A stretch of 64,000 bases of DNA from an uncultured Acidimicrobiaceae bacterium (GCA_963727955.1 CAVSII010000006.1:5183-69182); one strand, 5' to 3'; counted from the stretch's first letter, positions 52,188-61,844 are shown. Numbers and translations: made by a program. The notes: generated from the letters alone by a model not told the origin.

Positions 52188-53235
52188 TGGGCATGCGTCT
52201 GGCTCTGGCCACCCTGTCGGCCGGTGAACCGATGGGACAGCAGGTCTACGAGCGCCAGCTGGCTCACCGTGGATCGGGCGCCCTGGGTAGCGGCTGGCAG
52301 GTGGATCCGGTGGCGGTACGAACCTTGCGCACAGCCCAGCCGGGCAGCGTGCGCATCCCGGCCGCACTGCTGGGCGACGCCTCCCCGGTACTCCGGCGCA
52401 CCGCCGGTCGGTTCATCTACCGTCGCTACGACCTGGTCCATCGGCTCGATCTGCGCTTGCCGCCCGCCCCCTACCCCGAAGTTCTCACCGTGTTGGACAT
52501 CGCCCCGTGGCGTTTCGCCGACGAGGGAGCGCCGGTGGCCGACGCGGCGGCCACCGCCCGACGGGCTGCCACCGTCATCTGCCCCTCCCAGTTCTCCGCC
52601 GACGAGGTGGTGTCGGCCTTCGGGGTTTCCGACCCGGTGGTCATCCCCTTGGGGGTGGACGAGGCCTTCTTGACCGCTGATCCGTTGTCCGAGGGGGAGC
52701 TGGCCGACCTCGGGATCCGGGAGCCGTTCGTGATGCACGCGGCGGGCTGCACCCGGCGCAAGAACCTCGCCGGTCTGGCCGCGGCGTGGACCCGGTGCGC
52801 GCGGCGCGGCCCGACACCGTGCTGGTCCTCACCGGTCCGCCCGACCCGCGTCGCGACCAACTGTTCGCACCCCTGGCCGGCGCCCTGCGGTTGGGTCGGG
52901 TGGCCGACGGGGTCCTTCCCCGGTTGATGGCCGCCGCCGCCGCCGTGGCCGTGCCCTCCACTTACGAGGGGTTCGGGCTGCCCGCTCTGGAGGGGATGGC
53001 GGTGGGCGTCCCGGTGGTGGCCGCCTCCCGTTCGTCCCTGCCCGAGGTGGTGGGGGACGGGGGTTATCTGGTCGAACCGGACGCCGGCGGTCTGGCCGAC
53101 GGCCTGCTGGCCGCCCTGGCCGGCGGGGGCGAGGTGCGCACCGTAGCCGAGCGGGGTCGGGCCCGCGCCCAACAGCTGACCTGGGACATCAGCGTGGCAG
53201 CCCATGCCGTGGTCTGGCGCTCTGTCGCCGGTTGA
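52187..53235 (+). pseudogene. GT4-family (GT-B fold) glycosyltransferase, frameshifted near 52785
   Basis: The N-terminal half is ORF 52187..52927 up to ...[18 protein letters not shown]. The C-terminal half is ORF 52786..53235, in another frame: [17 protein letters not shown]...[46 protein letters not shown] (the EX7E region). Confidence 0.8.
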
Positions 53236-53522
53236 GGCCAGTGCCAGAGTCCATTGACAACACATGTTGACATCGTGTTACGGTCCGAGACACCGTCGGG
53301 TCCGTCGAGTGGGTTCCGCCGCCCGCTCCGGACCCTGACGGCTTCACTCGAGCTCCGGGCCACCTCCACCCCGCTCTCCGGGCGTTCCTCCGATCCCGGG
53401 TTGCCGGCGAAGGAAAGGTGGCCTGCCCGTGGTGCCGGCATTCCCGTCAGGGACAGCCGGACGTGGTCGCAAACAGACGAAAAAAGTCGTGATCGGAACG
53501 GGCGGTTTGGCTCAGTCCGTTG

Positions 53523-54290
53523 TCAGGAGGCCATCTTGATGACAGCAAATGCCGCGCCGTCCGGATCAGCCAGCACGGCAAAGCGCCCCGGAGGAATGTC
53601 GGTCGGTGGGACGAACGTGGTTCCTCCGAGCTCAGCAGCCTTGGCGGCCGTGGCGTCGGTGTCGTCAACGCCGAAGTAGACGAGCCAGTGGGCCGGAACC
53701 TCGGCGGGGACCATGTCGGGCATGGTCATCATGCCCGCCACCGTCTTGTCGCCGAGCTTCCATTCCGTGTAGCTCATTCCCCCCATGTCGAGATCGTTGG
53801 GTTGCCACCCGAACACCTCTGTGTAGAAAGCTCTGGCCGCCGGGAGATCTCGGGTGTTCAGCTCGTTCCAGGCGAAGGCCCCCGTCTCGTTGGCCAGCTC
53901 AGCTCCGGCGAAGGTCTTGGGCTGCCAGACGCCGATCACCGCCCCCCCGGGATCAGCGAACACCGCCATGCGTCCGATGTCTGAAACGTCCATCGGCTCG
54001 GCGAACACCATGGCCCCCGCCTTTTTGGCCAGGTCGACGGTTGCGTCCGCATTGTCGACAGAGACGTAGGTAATCCAGGCGCTGGGCTGTTCCTCCGTCA
54101 TCACCTTCATATTGCCGGCCACGGTCTTCCCGCCCTTGCGCATGAGGTTGTAGTGACCCATGTCCTCGCCCTGGTCCTCAGCTTTCCAGCCGAACAGAGA
54201 CCCGTAGAAGGCATTCGAGGTTGCGAGATCCTTGGTGGCATGATCGACCCAGGAGGGGGTCCCGGGGTCGTAAGAGGTGAACTCTGGCAT
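53523..54290 (-). CDS. VOC family protein with two tandem glyoxalase-like domains
   Basis: ORF 53523..54290: SWVDHATKDLATSNAFYGSLFGW...AWITYVSVDNADATVDLAKKAGAMV...FAWNELNTRDLPAARAFYTEVFGW...HWLVYFGVDDTDATAAKAAELGG. Confidence 0.8.
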   Translation of the reverse strand: MPEFTSYDPGTPSWVDHATKDLATSNAFYGSLFGWKAEDQGEDMGHYNLMRKGGKTVAGNMKVMTEEQPSAWITYVSVDNADATVDLAKKAGAMVFAEPMDVSDIGRMAVFADPGGAVIGVWQPKTFAGAELANETGAFAWNELNTRDLPAARAFYTEVFGWQPNDLDMGGMSYTEWKLGDKTVAGMMTMPDMVPAEVPAHWLVYFGVDDTDATAAKAAELGGTTFVPPTDIPPGRFAVLADPDGAAFAVIKMAS

Positions 54291-54432
54291 TTTGTATCTC
54301 CTCCAAGTCCGTGGGCGTTGTTTCCCCTGTCCGGATGCAGCTTAGCGATGTCCCCGGCGGCGACGCCGTGGGTAGCGGACGCTGGCGTGCACGGGCACGG
54401 CACGGGCACCGGCACCGATGGTCTTGGTCGCT

Positions 54433-54825
54433 TCAGCCAGGCCCGAGGAGATCCCAACGATTGACAACGCAGTCGAGAAAGACGGCAACGCGACCGCAGG
54501 GTTCGCTCCTTGGGGATCGGACGAAACGCACGCCAGCAGAGGTCATCCGCCGGCAGGAAGCATCAAAGTCGTCGACGCGAAGGAAGAAGGCGACCCGGCC
54601 ACCGGTTTGGGCTCCGATGACCGACGTCTGAGGTTCGTCCTCAGCACGGGCCAGCAGGATCCCCGTTTCAGATCCGGGCGGTCTCACGACGACCCAGCGT
54701 TTGGCCTTTCCGCTCTGGGTGTGAGCTGGCGAATCTTCGACGAGATCGAAGCCCAATGTGTCGACGAAGAACTGGATTGCGGCGTCGTACCCGTCTACTA
54801 CGAGGGTGACCAGGTCGAGGTTCAT
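54433..54825 (-). CDS. VOC family protein
   Basis: In-frame ATG 54825 in ORF 54433..55065: MNLDLVTLVVDGYDAAIQFFVDTLGFDLVEDSP...RVAFFLRVDDFDASCRRMTSAGVRFV. Confidence 0.7.
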   Translation of the reverse strand: MNLDLVTLVVDGYDAAIQFFVDTLGFDLVEDSPAHTQSGKAKRWVVVRPPGSETGILLARAEDEPQTSVIGAQTGGRVAFFLRVDDFDASCRRMTSAGVRFVRSPRSEPCGRVAVFLDCVVNRWDLLGPG

Positions 54826-54961
54826 CGATGGACCCTTCTCACCCGGCCGAGCAACTTCACGTCTCAATCTTCTCGCAACGGACTCGCTTACGCCGGATTC
54901 TGTCTTCCCGACTCCAGCAGTGAAGTGCCGGCTGGACGGTCGCCCCTCCCGTGCTCGCATT

Positions 54962-56137
54962 TCAGTGCGACCCGTTGAGGGCGAGCATCCCGAGCGCTGC
55001 CGCCATCGACAGCGGCACGGCCACGACCCCGAGGCGGCTCGCTCTGGCGATGGATGGTTGAGCACCGGCCGACCTGGCCGACCGAAGCCACAAGAGCCAG
55101 GCCAGCGAGCCGGTGACGAAGAGGTTCGGACCGATATTCAGACCCACAAGGAGGGCAAACGGTCGAGGCGGGACCCGAGCGGCTAACAGCGATCCGGCGG
55201 GAAGGTTGTTGACGGCCACGCTGAGGAGGGCCCCAGTGACAGCCGTACCCAAAGAATCGAGGTGCCCGAGGAGAGTCGCCGGTCCCGACCACGCACGCCC
55301 CAGCGTGCCGAGCGCCACGGCTATGCCGAACAGGCCGACGAGTACGGGGAGTCCCAGAACCCCCACGGCGCGCCTCAGAGACACCTCCGAAGAGAGGGAC
55401 CGGACACCAACCGCCACTACGCCGACGGCTGCCACGAAAGCGGCCGGCGACCGGAGGACGAGCACCAACACGGTGACGGCGACCACGGCTATGAGTCCGA
55501 TTCCCAGTACCGGTCGACTGACCCTTTCCGATACCGGGCCGACGGCGGCCCGCAGTGATCGATGTTCGGCCACACCCACGACCAGGGCTGTCATCAGCGC
55601 CGATGCAATCCCCGCCAGAGCCATGTGCCGAAAGAATTGTCCTCCCGAGAGGTGCAGGTGGCCGAGGACGATCAGGTTAGTGAGATTGGACCCGGGCAGA
55701 AGGAGCGATCCGGCATTGGACAGAAGCAGGCACCCGTACAGCAGCGGTGCCTCTCCTTCGCCCCGGTTGCGCGCCGTGTAGATGAGTATGGGCGTCAGGA
55801 ATGCCACCGAGGTGTCGAGATTCAAAACAGTCGTCACCGCCACCGTCAGTGTGACGGCGCCGGCGTAGAGCGCCAGCCCGTTTGGCGCTAGTCGTGCGAG
55901 GGCATGACCGGCGGCGGAGAACAACCGGTCCTCGTCGGCAACGAGACCTACGAGGAGGAGGCCCGCTACGAGGACGAATGGAGACCAGTCCTGCGCCGCC
56001 GCCGATCGGGCCTCCTGCGGGCCGAAAAACGCAGCACCGAGTGCTCCGGCGCACCCGACAGCGGCCACGGCCCATCCCAGCCGACCGGTGCCGTCAGGAA
56101 TCTTCGTCGGGTGTGGGTTCCTCACCTTGGCCATCAT
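54962..56137 (-). CDS. ArsB/NhaD-superfamily (citrate-transporter-like) permease
   Basis: ORF 54962..56137: ~10 TM segments. TVLNLDTSVAFLTPILIYTAR...LLLSNAGSLLLPGSNLTNLIV...AVNNLPAGSLLA. Confidence 0.6.
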   Translation of the reverse strand: MMAKVRNPHPTKIPDGTGRLGWAVAAVGCAGALGAAFFGPQEARSAAAQDWSPFVLVAGLLLVGLVADEDRLFSAAGHALARLAPNGLALYAGAVTLTVAVTTVLNLDTSVAFLTPILIYTARNRGEGEAPLLYGCLLLSNAGSLLLPGSNLTNLIVLGHLHLSGGQFFRHMALAGIASALMTALVVGVAEHRSLRAAVGPVSERVSRPVLGIGLIAVVAVTVLVLVLRSPAAFVAAVGVVAVGVRSLSSEVSLRRAVGVLGLPVLVGLFGIAVALGTLGRAWSGPATLLGHLDSLGTAVTGALLSVAVNNLPAGSLLAARVPPRPFALLVGLNIGPNLFVTGSLAWLLWLRSARSAGAQPSIARASRLGVVAVPLSMAAALGMLALNGSH

Positions 56138-56302
56138 GCCCGTCTTCGGTCCCGGTCAGACGTGAACCACCGAAGGCACGTGGACCCACGACGGGTGTAA
56201 TCCACATCGGTGCCGTGGTCGTTCCGAGGGTGGGGGTCCGGGATCGGGATCGGAGCTTTCATTGCAGCCTTCAGCCAGTGGTCGCTCGCCTACGCTTCGA
56301 CA

Positions 56303-56966
56303 ATGCCCCCTCCGACCAGTTCGCCTCGCAGCTGGCGAGACCCTCGGGCCAGTGTGCGTGTGGCAGTTGCAGCATCACTCGGAATAGTTGCCGGAGTCGC
56401 CGTGTCGGCCTGGACGTTCTGGCAAGGAGCGGTCCTCATCGGCTGGGACGTTGGTGCGCTCTTCCTCATCACATGGATCTGGTGGGTGGTGGGGGGTCTG
56501 GATGCCGAGGAGTCCAAGAGCCGTGCAAACAGAGAGGACACCAGCATCCAGTTGGCCGAAGCCATCCTTCTGCTGGCGGGAGTCGCTCTGCTCGCAGCCG
56601 TCGGGTTGGCCCTGGTCCGCGCCGGTCAAACTGCCTGGGGCGACGAAGGCTTATCTCATTACTCTCGGATTGCTGAGTGTGGCGCTGTCGTGGGGATTGG
56701 TCCATACGGTCTTCACCCTGCGATATGCCCGGTCCTACTACTCCCCGCCTGTGGGCGGGATCGACTTCAACGAGGACGATCCGCCCACCTATCTGGACTT
56801 CGCTTATTTGGCCTTGACCATCGGCATGACCTTCCAGGTATCTGACACCAACCTGACCACCAAGAGGATGCGCAGAATCGCTCTCTCCCATGGCCTCCTC
56901 TCGTACTTGTTCGGTGCGGTAATCGTTGCCCTCGTCATCAACGTCGTGTCGAGTCTCCTCCATTAG
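56303..56966 (+). pseudogene. DUF1345 family membrane protein, frameshifted near 56645
   Basis: The N-terminal TM part is in ORF 56210..56845 (start uncertain: GTG 56210 or ATG 56303): ...AVLIGWDVGALFLITWIWWVV...IQLAEAILLLAGVALLAAVGLALVRAG. The conserved C-terminal part is in ORF 56388..56966: AYLITLGLLSVALSWGLVHTVFTLRYARSYY...GIDFNEDDPPTYLDFAYLALTIGMTFQVSDTNL. Confidence 0.75.
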
Positions 56967-57068
56967 GGCAGGCGATGGACCCTGAAGGGAAACCGCCGGC
57001 ATTGTCCGCTTATCATGCGTCGAGGGTCATTTTGGGTCTCCAAAACGGAGAGCGGACTGGGGGGAAGA

Positions 57069-57487
57069 ATGGAAACGGACGATCGCGAGACGCCGGTCCG
57101 GAGTTTCGTCGAGGAGGTCTGGAATGGTCGAAACTACGAAGCGGCCGCCGATCTCTACAGCGAGAACTACGTCAATCCGTTCGGGACAGTCCGTCCGCCA
57201 GTGTCGAGCCGATCCGGCGATACCACCGTGCGTTCTCCGACTTGCACCTCGATGTCGAGGAGGTGATCGTGGCCGGCGACACGGTGGTGCTCAAGGGCAC
57301 ACTTCGCGGGACCGACACAGGAGGGCACCTGGGACGTCCTCCAACCGGGCGGGCGATAGAGGACTGGCATGTTGACATCACGCATTTCGAGGGGGACAGG
57401 GTCATCAGCGAATGGATAGGCGCCGACAACCTCGGTCTCTTCATCCAGCTCGGGGTTCTCGAGGACCCGTGGCCGACTCAGGTTTAG
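57069..57487 (+). pseudogene. SnoaL-like ester cyclase family protein, frameshifted near 57190
   Basis: N-terminus METDDRETPVRSFVEEVWNGRNYEAAADLYSENYVNPFG is in the frame of ORF 57015..57266. The continuation ...VEPIRRYHRAFSDLHLDVEEVIVAGDTVVLKGTLRGTDTG...ITHFEGDRVISEWIGADNLGLFIQLG is in the frame of ORF 56975..57487. Confidence 0.75.
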
Positions 57488-57747
57488 ACGCCCGCCGGAT
57501 CGCCATAGGTGCCCATGATCCAGGCTTGATAATCGCCGTCGAACAGGCGATGAGTGGCAGGTCCCCGAGCGAAGACCATCTCACCACGGGCGTCTCATCG
57601 CATACAGTGACCTGCCAGAAGTAAGGCTGTATCTGGTCGGTTGCCCGTGATAGCTTGCCTCACCTAGCCGGGCGGTGTGCGACGGACTTTGTCGAGATCG
57701 TGCGGGTCTCAGCAATTTGGCAAATTACGACAGAACGCGGGGTGGCG

Positions 57748-58221
57748 ATGTCCGAAACAACGGATCTGCGGTGGCAACCCATCACCTCTTTGCTGCTCAG
57801 CATCGTGGGTCTGGCCGGCTCTATCTACCTCACCATTAGCCATTTCGACAACCACATCTCTCTCGTGTGTCCCGATCTCGGCTCCTGCAACAGGATCCTC
57901 ACCAGTAATACGTCGCACTTCTTGGGCATTCCCGTACCGGTGCTGGGCCTGTTGTACTTCGTACCCATGACCGTCCTCTGTCTGCCCGCACTGTGGCGCT
58001 CCAATGACCGACGGATTCATTTGACCCGACTCATCCTTTCGGCCATTGGCGTCGCCATGATCATCTATTTGTTTATCGAGGAGCTGTTCATCATTCAAGC
58101 ACTGTGCATTTGGTGTTCAGTCATTCATTTCGTCGGATTCTTGCTATTCGTGGTTATCGCCACCTCGACACCGGCGCTACTGGAGCGAAGCTCCGACCTC
58201 ACGGCTTCTGAGGCAGGATAA
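57748..58221 (+). CDS. Vitamin K epoxide reductase (VKOR) family protein
   Basis: In-frame ATG 57748 in ORF 57655..58221. Four TM segments. Loop cysteines CPDLGSC, FLGIPVPVLGLLYF, and active-site CIWC. The local G+C is lower. Confidence 0.75.
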   Translation: MSETTDLRWQPITSLLLSIVGLAGSIYLTISHFDNHISLVCPDLGSCNRILTSNTSHFLGIPVPVLGLLYFVPMTVLCLPALWRSNDRRIHLTRLILSAIGVAMIIYLFIEELFIIQALCIWCSVIHFVGFLLFVVIATSTPALLERSSDLTASEAG

Positions 58222-58656
58222 AGCCGAGCAGCCGATCGGGTGCGACTCGACTGCGACGGCAGGGACTGGTGGCACAGGCCACGTCGTGGGAGTGCTTCTC
58301 CATAGGCGTGGAGGTGCCGTTCAGTGGCGCTGAACGGTGGCGAGCGCTGGGTCAGTGGGAGAGGTTGAGGTTATGAAAGGGGTTGAGCCCTCGGCGTAGC
58401 CAAGCGACTGGGCCAAGTCCCAGGAGGATCGCAACAGCACCGGTCAGGACCAGGTTCGTGGCAAGTCAGAGTTTCGCCCGTCGTCTCCTGTTGCGGGTTA
58501 GGCGGTCCTCATCTCGCGGTCATTAGCAGCGGGATTCGCGTTCTCGGTGTCAGTGCGGCTCAATCGGAACGGTGCTACTGGTCCTTTCCGAGACGGGTGT
58601 GTCACTGAAGCCATCATCGATACCAGACCCGCTCATTGGCGTTAGGTGACGCGCCC

Positions 58657-59750
58657 CTAGGTCGGAGGACTGACCTTGATGGGGTCCGGCGGGACATCCC
58701 GCCCGACAAACCGGTACACGTCGCGGGCAACCTCCTCCAGCTTGGCCTTCTCCTCGTCATCGACGGGCTCGAGAAGATCGATCTCGATGCCTTCTGCCGG
58801 TAATCGCCATGCGCCCGTCACCCGACCTGCGGTCAAGACGATCGGGCGGAAGATCCCATTGGTGGTGACTACCGACTGATGTTCGCCTACCCACATTTGC
58901 CTCGAGGACCAACCGTGCAAAATTGATCGAATGAGCCGAGCAGTCGCGTCGGCAGAGATTCCGTATCTCCGAGTGCGGAACCACTTACCACGAAGCCCTC
59001 TCCAGTTTGGCGCAAGGACTCTGATGCTTCCCTGAATGCCAAACGGGCGTCCCCGAGGGTGATTCCAGACCATTTGGAAAGATCCTCCGGCATTGCCGGT
59101 CCATGGCCCTCCAGGTATCGGGTGGCGAGGCGCGCCAGCGATTCATGAGGACTGAGTTGTGAGGGCTCCGGTCCCAACCACGTGCTGACAGAGACAAAGG
59201 CATGGCCACCGGCGATCACCGGACCCCTAACGATCAGCCCCCGTAGACTTGCTGCACAAAGGAGGTGGACCAAGGATTGACCTTCGGTGGGTACGCCCGC
59301 AGCCTCAAGGCGCTCACGAAGATCAGTCCTAAGGAGGGGTCCCTCCGAATCAAGAGTACGTACTACTACGTCGACACCCCGCTGTTCTTGCTGGCCGGAC
59401 AGACCGAGCTCTCGCATACGACGGCTGAGCGTCGAGGTGGATCGTGGTGCAGTCAGTGGGTGAAGCCACCAGTAGTCATCTGAGTGAACGAGATGGAGAG
59501 TGCCTCGGTTGAGCCATGTGACAACCAGTCGACGATCGTTCAAGGCGCGGTCGACCTCTTCGGCCACGAGCCCGTCAGACCGACTTCGAATTGCAAGCCG
59601 AAAGCCACGCTCGTCCTGGGCTTGCACCGCAAGTATCCGCCCCACCACCTCGTGAGGCGACGAGCCTCTCGGACCCAAGAGCTGCTGGGAGCGGAGCCGC
59701 TCGGCCCGAACGTCAGGCTGATGACGCCAATCGCTCAGGTTGTCACGCAC
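58657..59750 (-). pseudogene. Winged-helix DNA glycosylase AlkZ/YcaQ-like family protein, frameshifted at an A4/T4 run (~58919-58922)
   Basis: ORF 58887..59750 reads ...EVVGRILAVQAQDERGFRLAIRSRS...LVVTWLNRGTLHLV...PTRLLGSFDQ. The continuation in ORF 58657..59073 reads (I)LHGWSSR...VTTNGIFRPIVLTAGRVTGAWRLP. Confidence 0.75.
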
Positions 59751-60027
59751 GAGCGCCTCCCGATACCTTCACGCCGCCAAGTCAATCATCGAGCAGCTCG
59801 TGGTATAGGGCAGCGCGCTAGTTCGGGAAGTCCTGTCTGGGCCTACACTCCAAGTTGTGAAGATCCCGGTTGCCTGCACTCTCGAACCGAGCGACGCAAG
59901 GTCTCAACTTGGCGAGTGGCGGAAGATGCTCCGCCGAAGCGTAGGTGGCTCCCCTGTCTGTCAGGCTGACGTGAGACACCTGCCGTAACCGTTATCCCTC
60001 CCGGGCGAGACAGGAATCTCCAATCCC

Positions 60028-60444
60028 ATGACCTTGACCGACTCCACATCCCTGACGGCACGCGCCCAAAATGGGGACGTGACCGACGACTACGACCCGG
60101 CCGCAGCGCCGGCCAGACGAACATTCACGCCCGACCAGAAGCTGAGCATCCTGGCTTCCTACGAGGGGGCCACCGAGCCCGGGGCCAAAGGAGCCCTTCT
60201 CCGGCGGGAAGGGATCTACAGCTCCCAGATCACCGAGTGGAGGAAGGCCCGAGACGCCGGAACCCTCGGGGGCAGCTCGCCGACGGGGCGCAGCGCTGAC
60301 CGCAAGGAGGCAGATCGACTGCGCAAGAAGAACGAACGTCTCGAGGCCGAGCTGGAAAAGACACGAACGGCGCTCGACATCATGGGAAAAGTGCACGCGC
60401 TCTTGGAGGGCATCTCCAAGAGTGCGGACACCGAGGAGAAGTAG
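60028..60444 (+). CDS. IS3-family transposase OrfA (HTH + leucine-zipper part)
   Basis: ORF 60028..60444: RRTFTPDQKLSILASYEGATEPGAKGALLRREGIYSSQITEWRKA...EADRLRKKNERLEAELEKTRTALDIMGK. Confidence 0.85.
   Translation: MTLTDSTSLTARAQNGDVTDDYDPAAAPARRTFTPDQKLSILASYEGATEPGAKGALLRREGIYSSQITEWRKARDAGTLGGSSPTGRSADRKEADRLRKKNERLEAELEKTRTALDIMGKVHALLEGISKSADTEEK
60384..60424 (+). promoter_or_regulatory. Candidate -1 programmed ribosomal frameshift signal: slippery heptamer G_GGA_AAA plus a downstream 9-11 bp hairpin
   Basis: GGGAAAA at 60384-60390 matches X_XXY_YYZ in the orfA frame (atG GGA AAA gtg). Seven to nine nt downstream lies the hairpin (cg)CTCTTGGAG-ggcat-CTCCAAGAG(tg) at 60398-60424. A -1 slip enters the orfB frame. 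Confidence 0.6.
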
Positions 60445-60449
60445 ATCAG

Positions 60450-61463
60450 GTGATTGACGACCATCACCCGGAACTGGCCAAGGCCGTCGGGACCAGGCGG
60501 GCCTGTCAGCTGCTCGGTCGGGCCCGGGCCACCCACTACCGACGACGTCGGCCACCGAGGTGTGGACCGCCGAGTCCCCGGCCGGCCCCACCCAACGCCC
60601 TCCGCCCCGCCGAACGCCAGGCCGTGCTGGAGCTGCTGCACCGGCCTGACCACTGCGATCTGGCCGTGGCTCAGGTGTGGGGTCGCACCCTGGACGATGG
60701 CACCTACCTGTGCTCGCAGTCCACCATGCACCGCCTGCTCCGGGGCAGCGGGGAATCGAGGGAACGTCGGCGTCAGCGGACCCACCCGGCCAAGAAGAAG
60801 CCCGAGCTCATGGCCAGCCAGCCAAACCAGGTGTGGTCGTGGGACATCACAAAACTGCGGGGCCCGAACCGAGGCGAGTACTACGACCTCTATGTCATCC
60901 TCGACATCTTCAGCCGCTACGTCGTCGGCTGGCTGTTGGCTCCCACCGAGTCGGCTGAGCTGGCCACCGACTTCATCCACGATGCCGTGCTCACCCAAGG
61001 GGTGGACCGGGACCAACTCACTATCCACGCCGACCGGGGGTCATCCATGCGTTCCAAGCCGGTGTCCCAGTTGATGGTCGACCTCGGGGTGACCCGCAGC
61101 CACAGTCGCCCCCATGTCTCCAACGACAACCCGTATTCCGAGGCGGCCTTTAAGACCTTGAAGTACTGCCCGGCGTTCCCCGACCGATTCGGCTCCATCG
61201 AGGACGCACGGGCGTTCTGCGTCCAGTTCTTCGAGCACTACAACCACGTCCACCGTCATTCGGGCATCGCCCTCCACACCCCGGCCTCGGTCCACTACGG
61301 GACTGCCGCCGAGATCAGGAAACAGCGCCAAGACACGCTGACTGCCGCCTACGCTGCCAACCCGATCCGGTTCCGGCATCGCCCGCCCGCTGCACCGCGG
61401 CTGCCCGAGGTGGCGTGGATCAACCCGCCAGTCGCCAGAGGGGAGGCCGCACAGAACTCGTGA
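60450..61463 (+). CDS. IS3-family transposase OrfB (DDE/integrase core); probably expressed as an OrfAB fusion by -1 frameshifting
   Basis: ORF 60450..61463: PNQVWSWDITKLRGP...YDLYVILDIFSRYVVGW...IHADRGSSMRSK...SHSRPHVSNDNPYSEAAFKTLKY...YNHVHRHSGI. This frame is open back to at least 60303, overlapping orfA in the -1 frame. Confidence 0.85.
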   Translation: MIDDHHPELAKAVGTRRACQLLGRARATHYRRRRPPRCGPPSPRPAPPNALRPAERQAVLELLHRPDHCDLAVAQVWGRTLDDGTYLCSQSTMHRLLRGSGESRERRRQRTHPAKKKPELMASQPNQVWSWDITKLRGPNRGEYYDLYVILDIFSRYVVGWLLAPTESAELATDFIHDAVLTQGVDRDQLTIHADRGSSMRSKPVSQLMVDLGVTRSHSRPHVSNDNPYSEAAFKTLKYCPAFPDRFGSIEDARAFCVQFFEHYNHVHRHSGIALHTPASVHYGTAAEIRKQRQDTLTAAYAANPIRFRHRPPAAPRLPEVAWINPPVARGEAAQNS

Positions 61464-61492
61464 ACCGAACGTGTCTCAAATCGCTTGACAGA

Positions 61493-61711
61493 TTCCGCTC
61501 CGAGCGTGTCGCACCGAATCGGCTCCAACTTACACTTTTGCCCGATGCCGACACCGGATCTGTCATCAGCCTCGCTCAGCGTGAGGTTGCCTGCTGTGCC
61601 TTCTTCTCGTTCACCATCGACATTCGGGCTGATCGTCTCGTTCTTGCAGTGGAAGTACCGGATGACGCTGTTGAGATTCTCGATGAGCTGTACTCCGGCA
61701 ACGCCACCTAG
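61493..61711 (+). pseudogene. Orphan C-terminal gene fragment abutting the right end of the IS3 element
   Basis: Frame of ORF 61415..61711 beyond the IS end: FRSERVAPNRLQLTLLPDADTGSVISLAQREVACCAFFSFTIDIRADRLVLAVEVPDDAVEILDELY. I recall the E..CC.FF.F motif from small actinobacterial proteins. No plausible start exists, and no matching N-terminal part lies left of the IS. Confidence 0.3.
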
Positions 61712-61844
61712 CATTCGTCGCGCTTAAGACGACGAAGGCAAGAGGAGCGAGAGGTACGCGCAGAGTATTGACCCACGGTCGATAACGTCCCACATACCCG
61801 GTGGTCGAGGGCACCCCAGGGGCAGCAATGGCAAACTTGCAGTC

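Larger units (their letters stand above)
59959..61490 (+). mobile_element. IS3-family insertion sequence (1,532 bp)
   Basis: The termini are TG...CA. The imperfect inverted repeats are TGTCAGGCTGACGTGAGACAC (left) and the complement of GTGTCTCAAATCGCTTGACA (right); they share TGTCA.GC....TGAGACAC. OrfA and OrfB lie in the 0/-1 frames. I could not identify a target-site duplication. Confidence 0.8.

Noticed and set aside
57488-57600. A short minus-strand ORF (MVFARGPATHRLFDGDYQAWIMGTYGDPAGV) just downstream of the SnoaL gene
   Set aside because: It is only ~30 codons, with no SD or recognisable family. It may be the tail of a deleted gene but cannot be supported.
59955-59958. A 3-4 bp target-site duplication for the IS3 element
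   Set aside because: The left flank (..CTGTC) and right flank (GATTC..) do not match under any end placement compatible with the TG...CA termini, so no duplication is reported.
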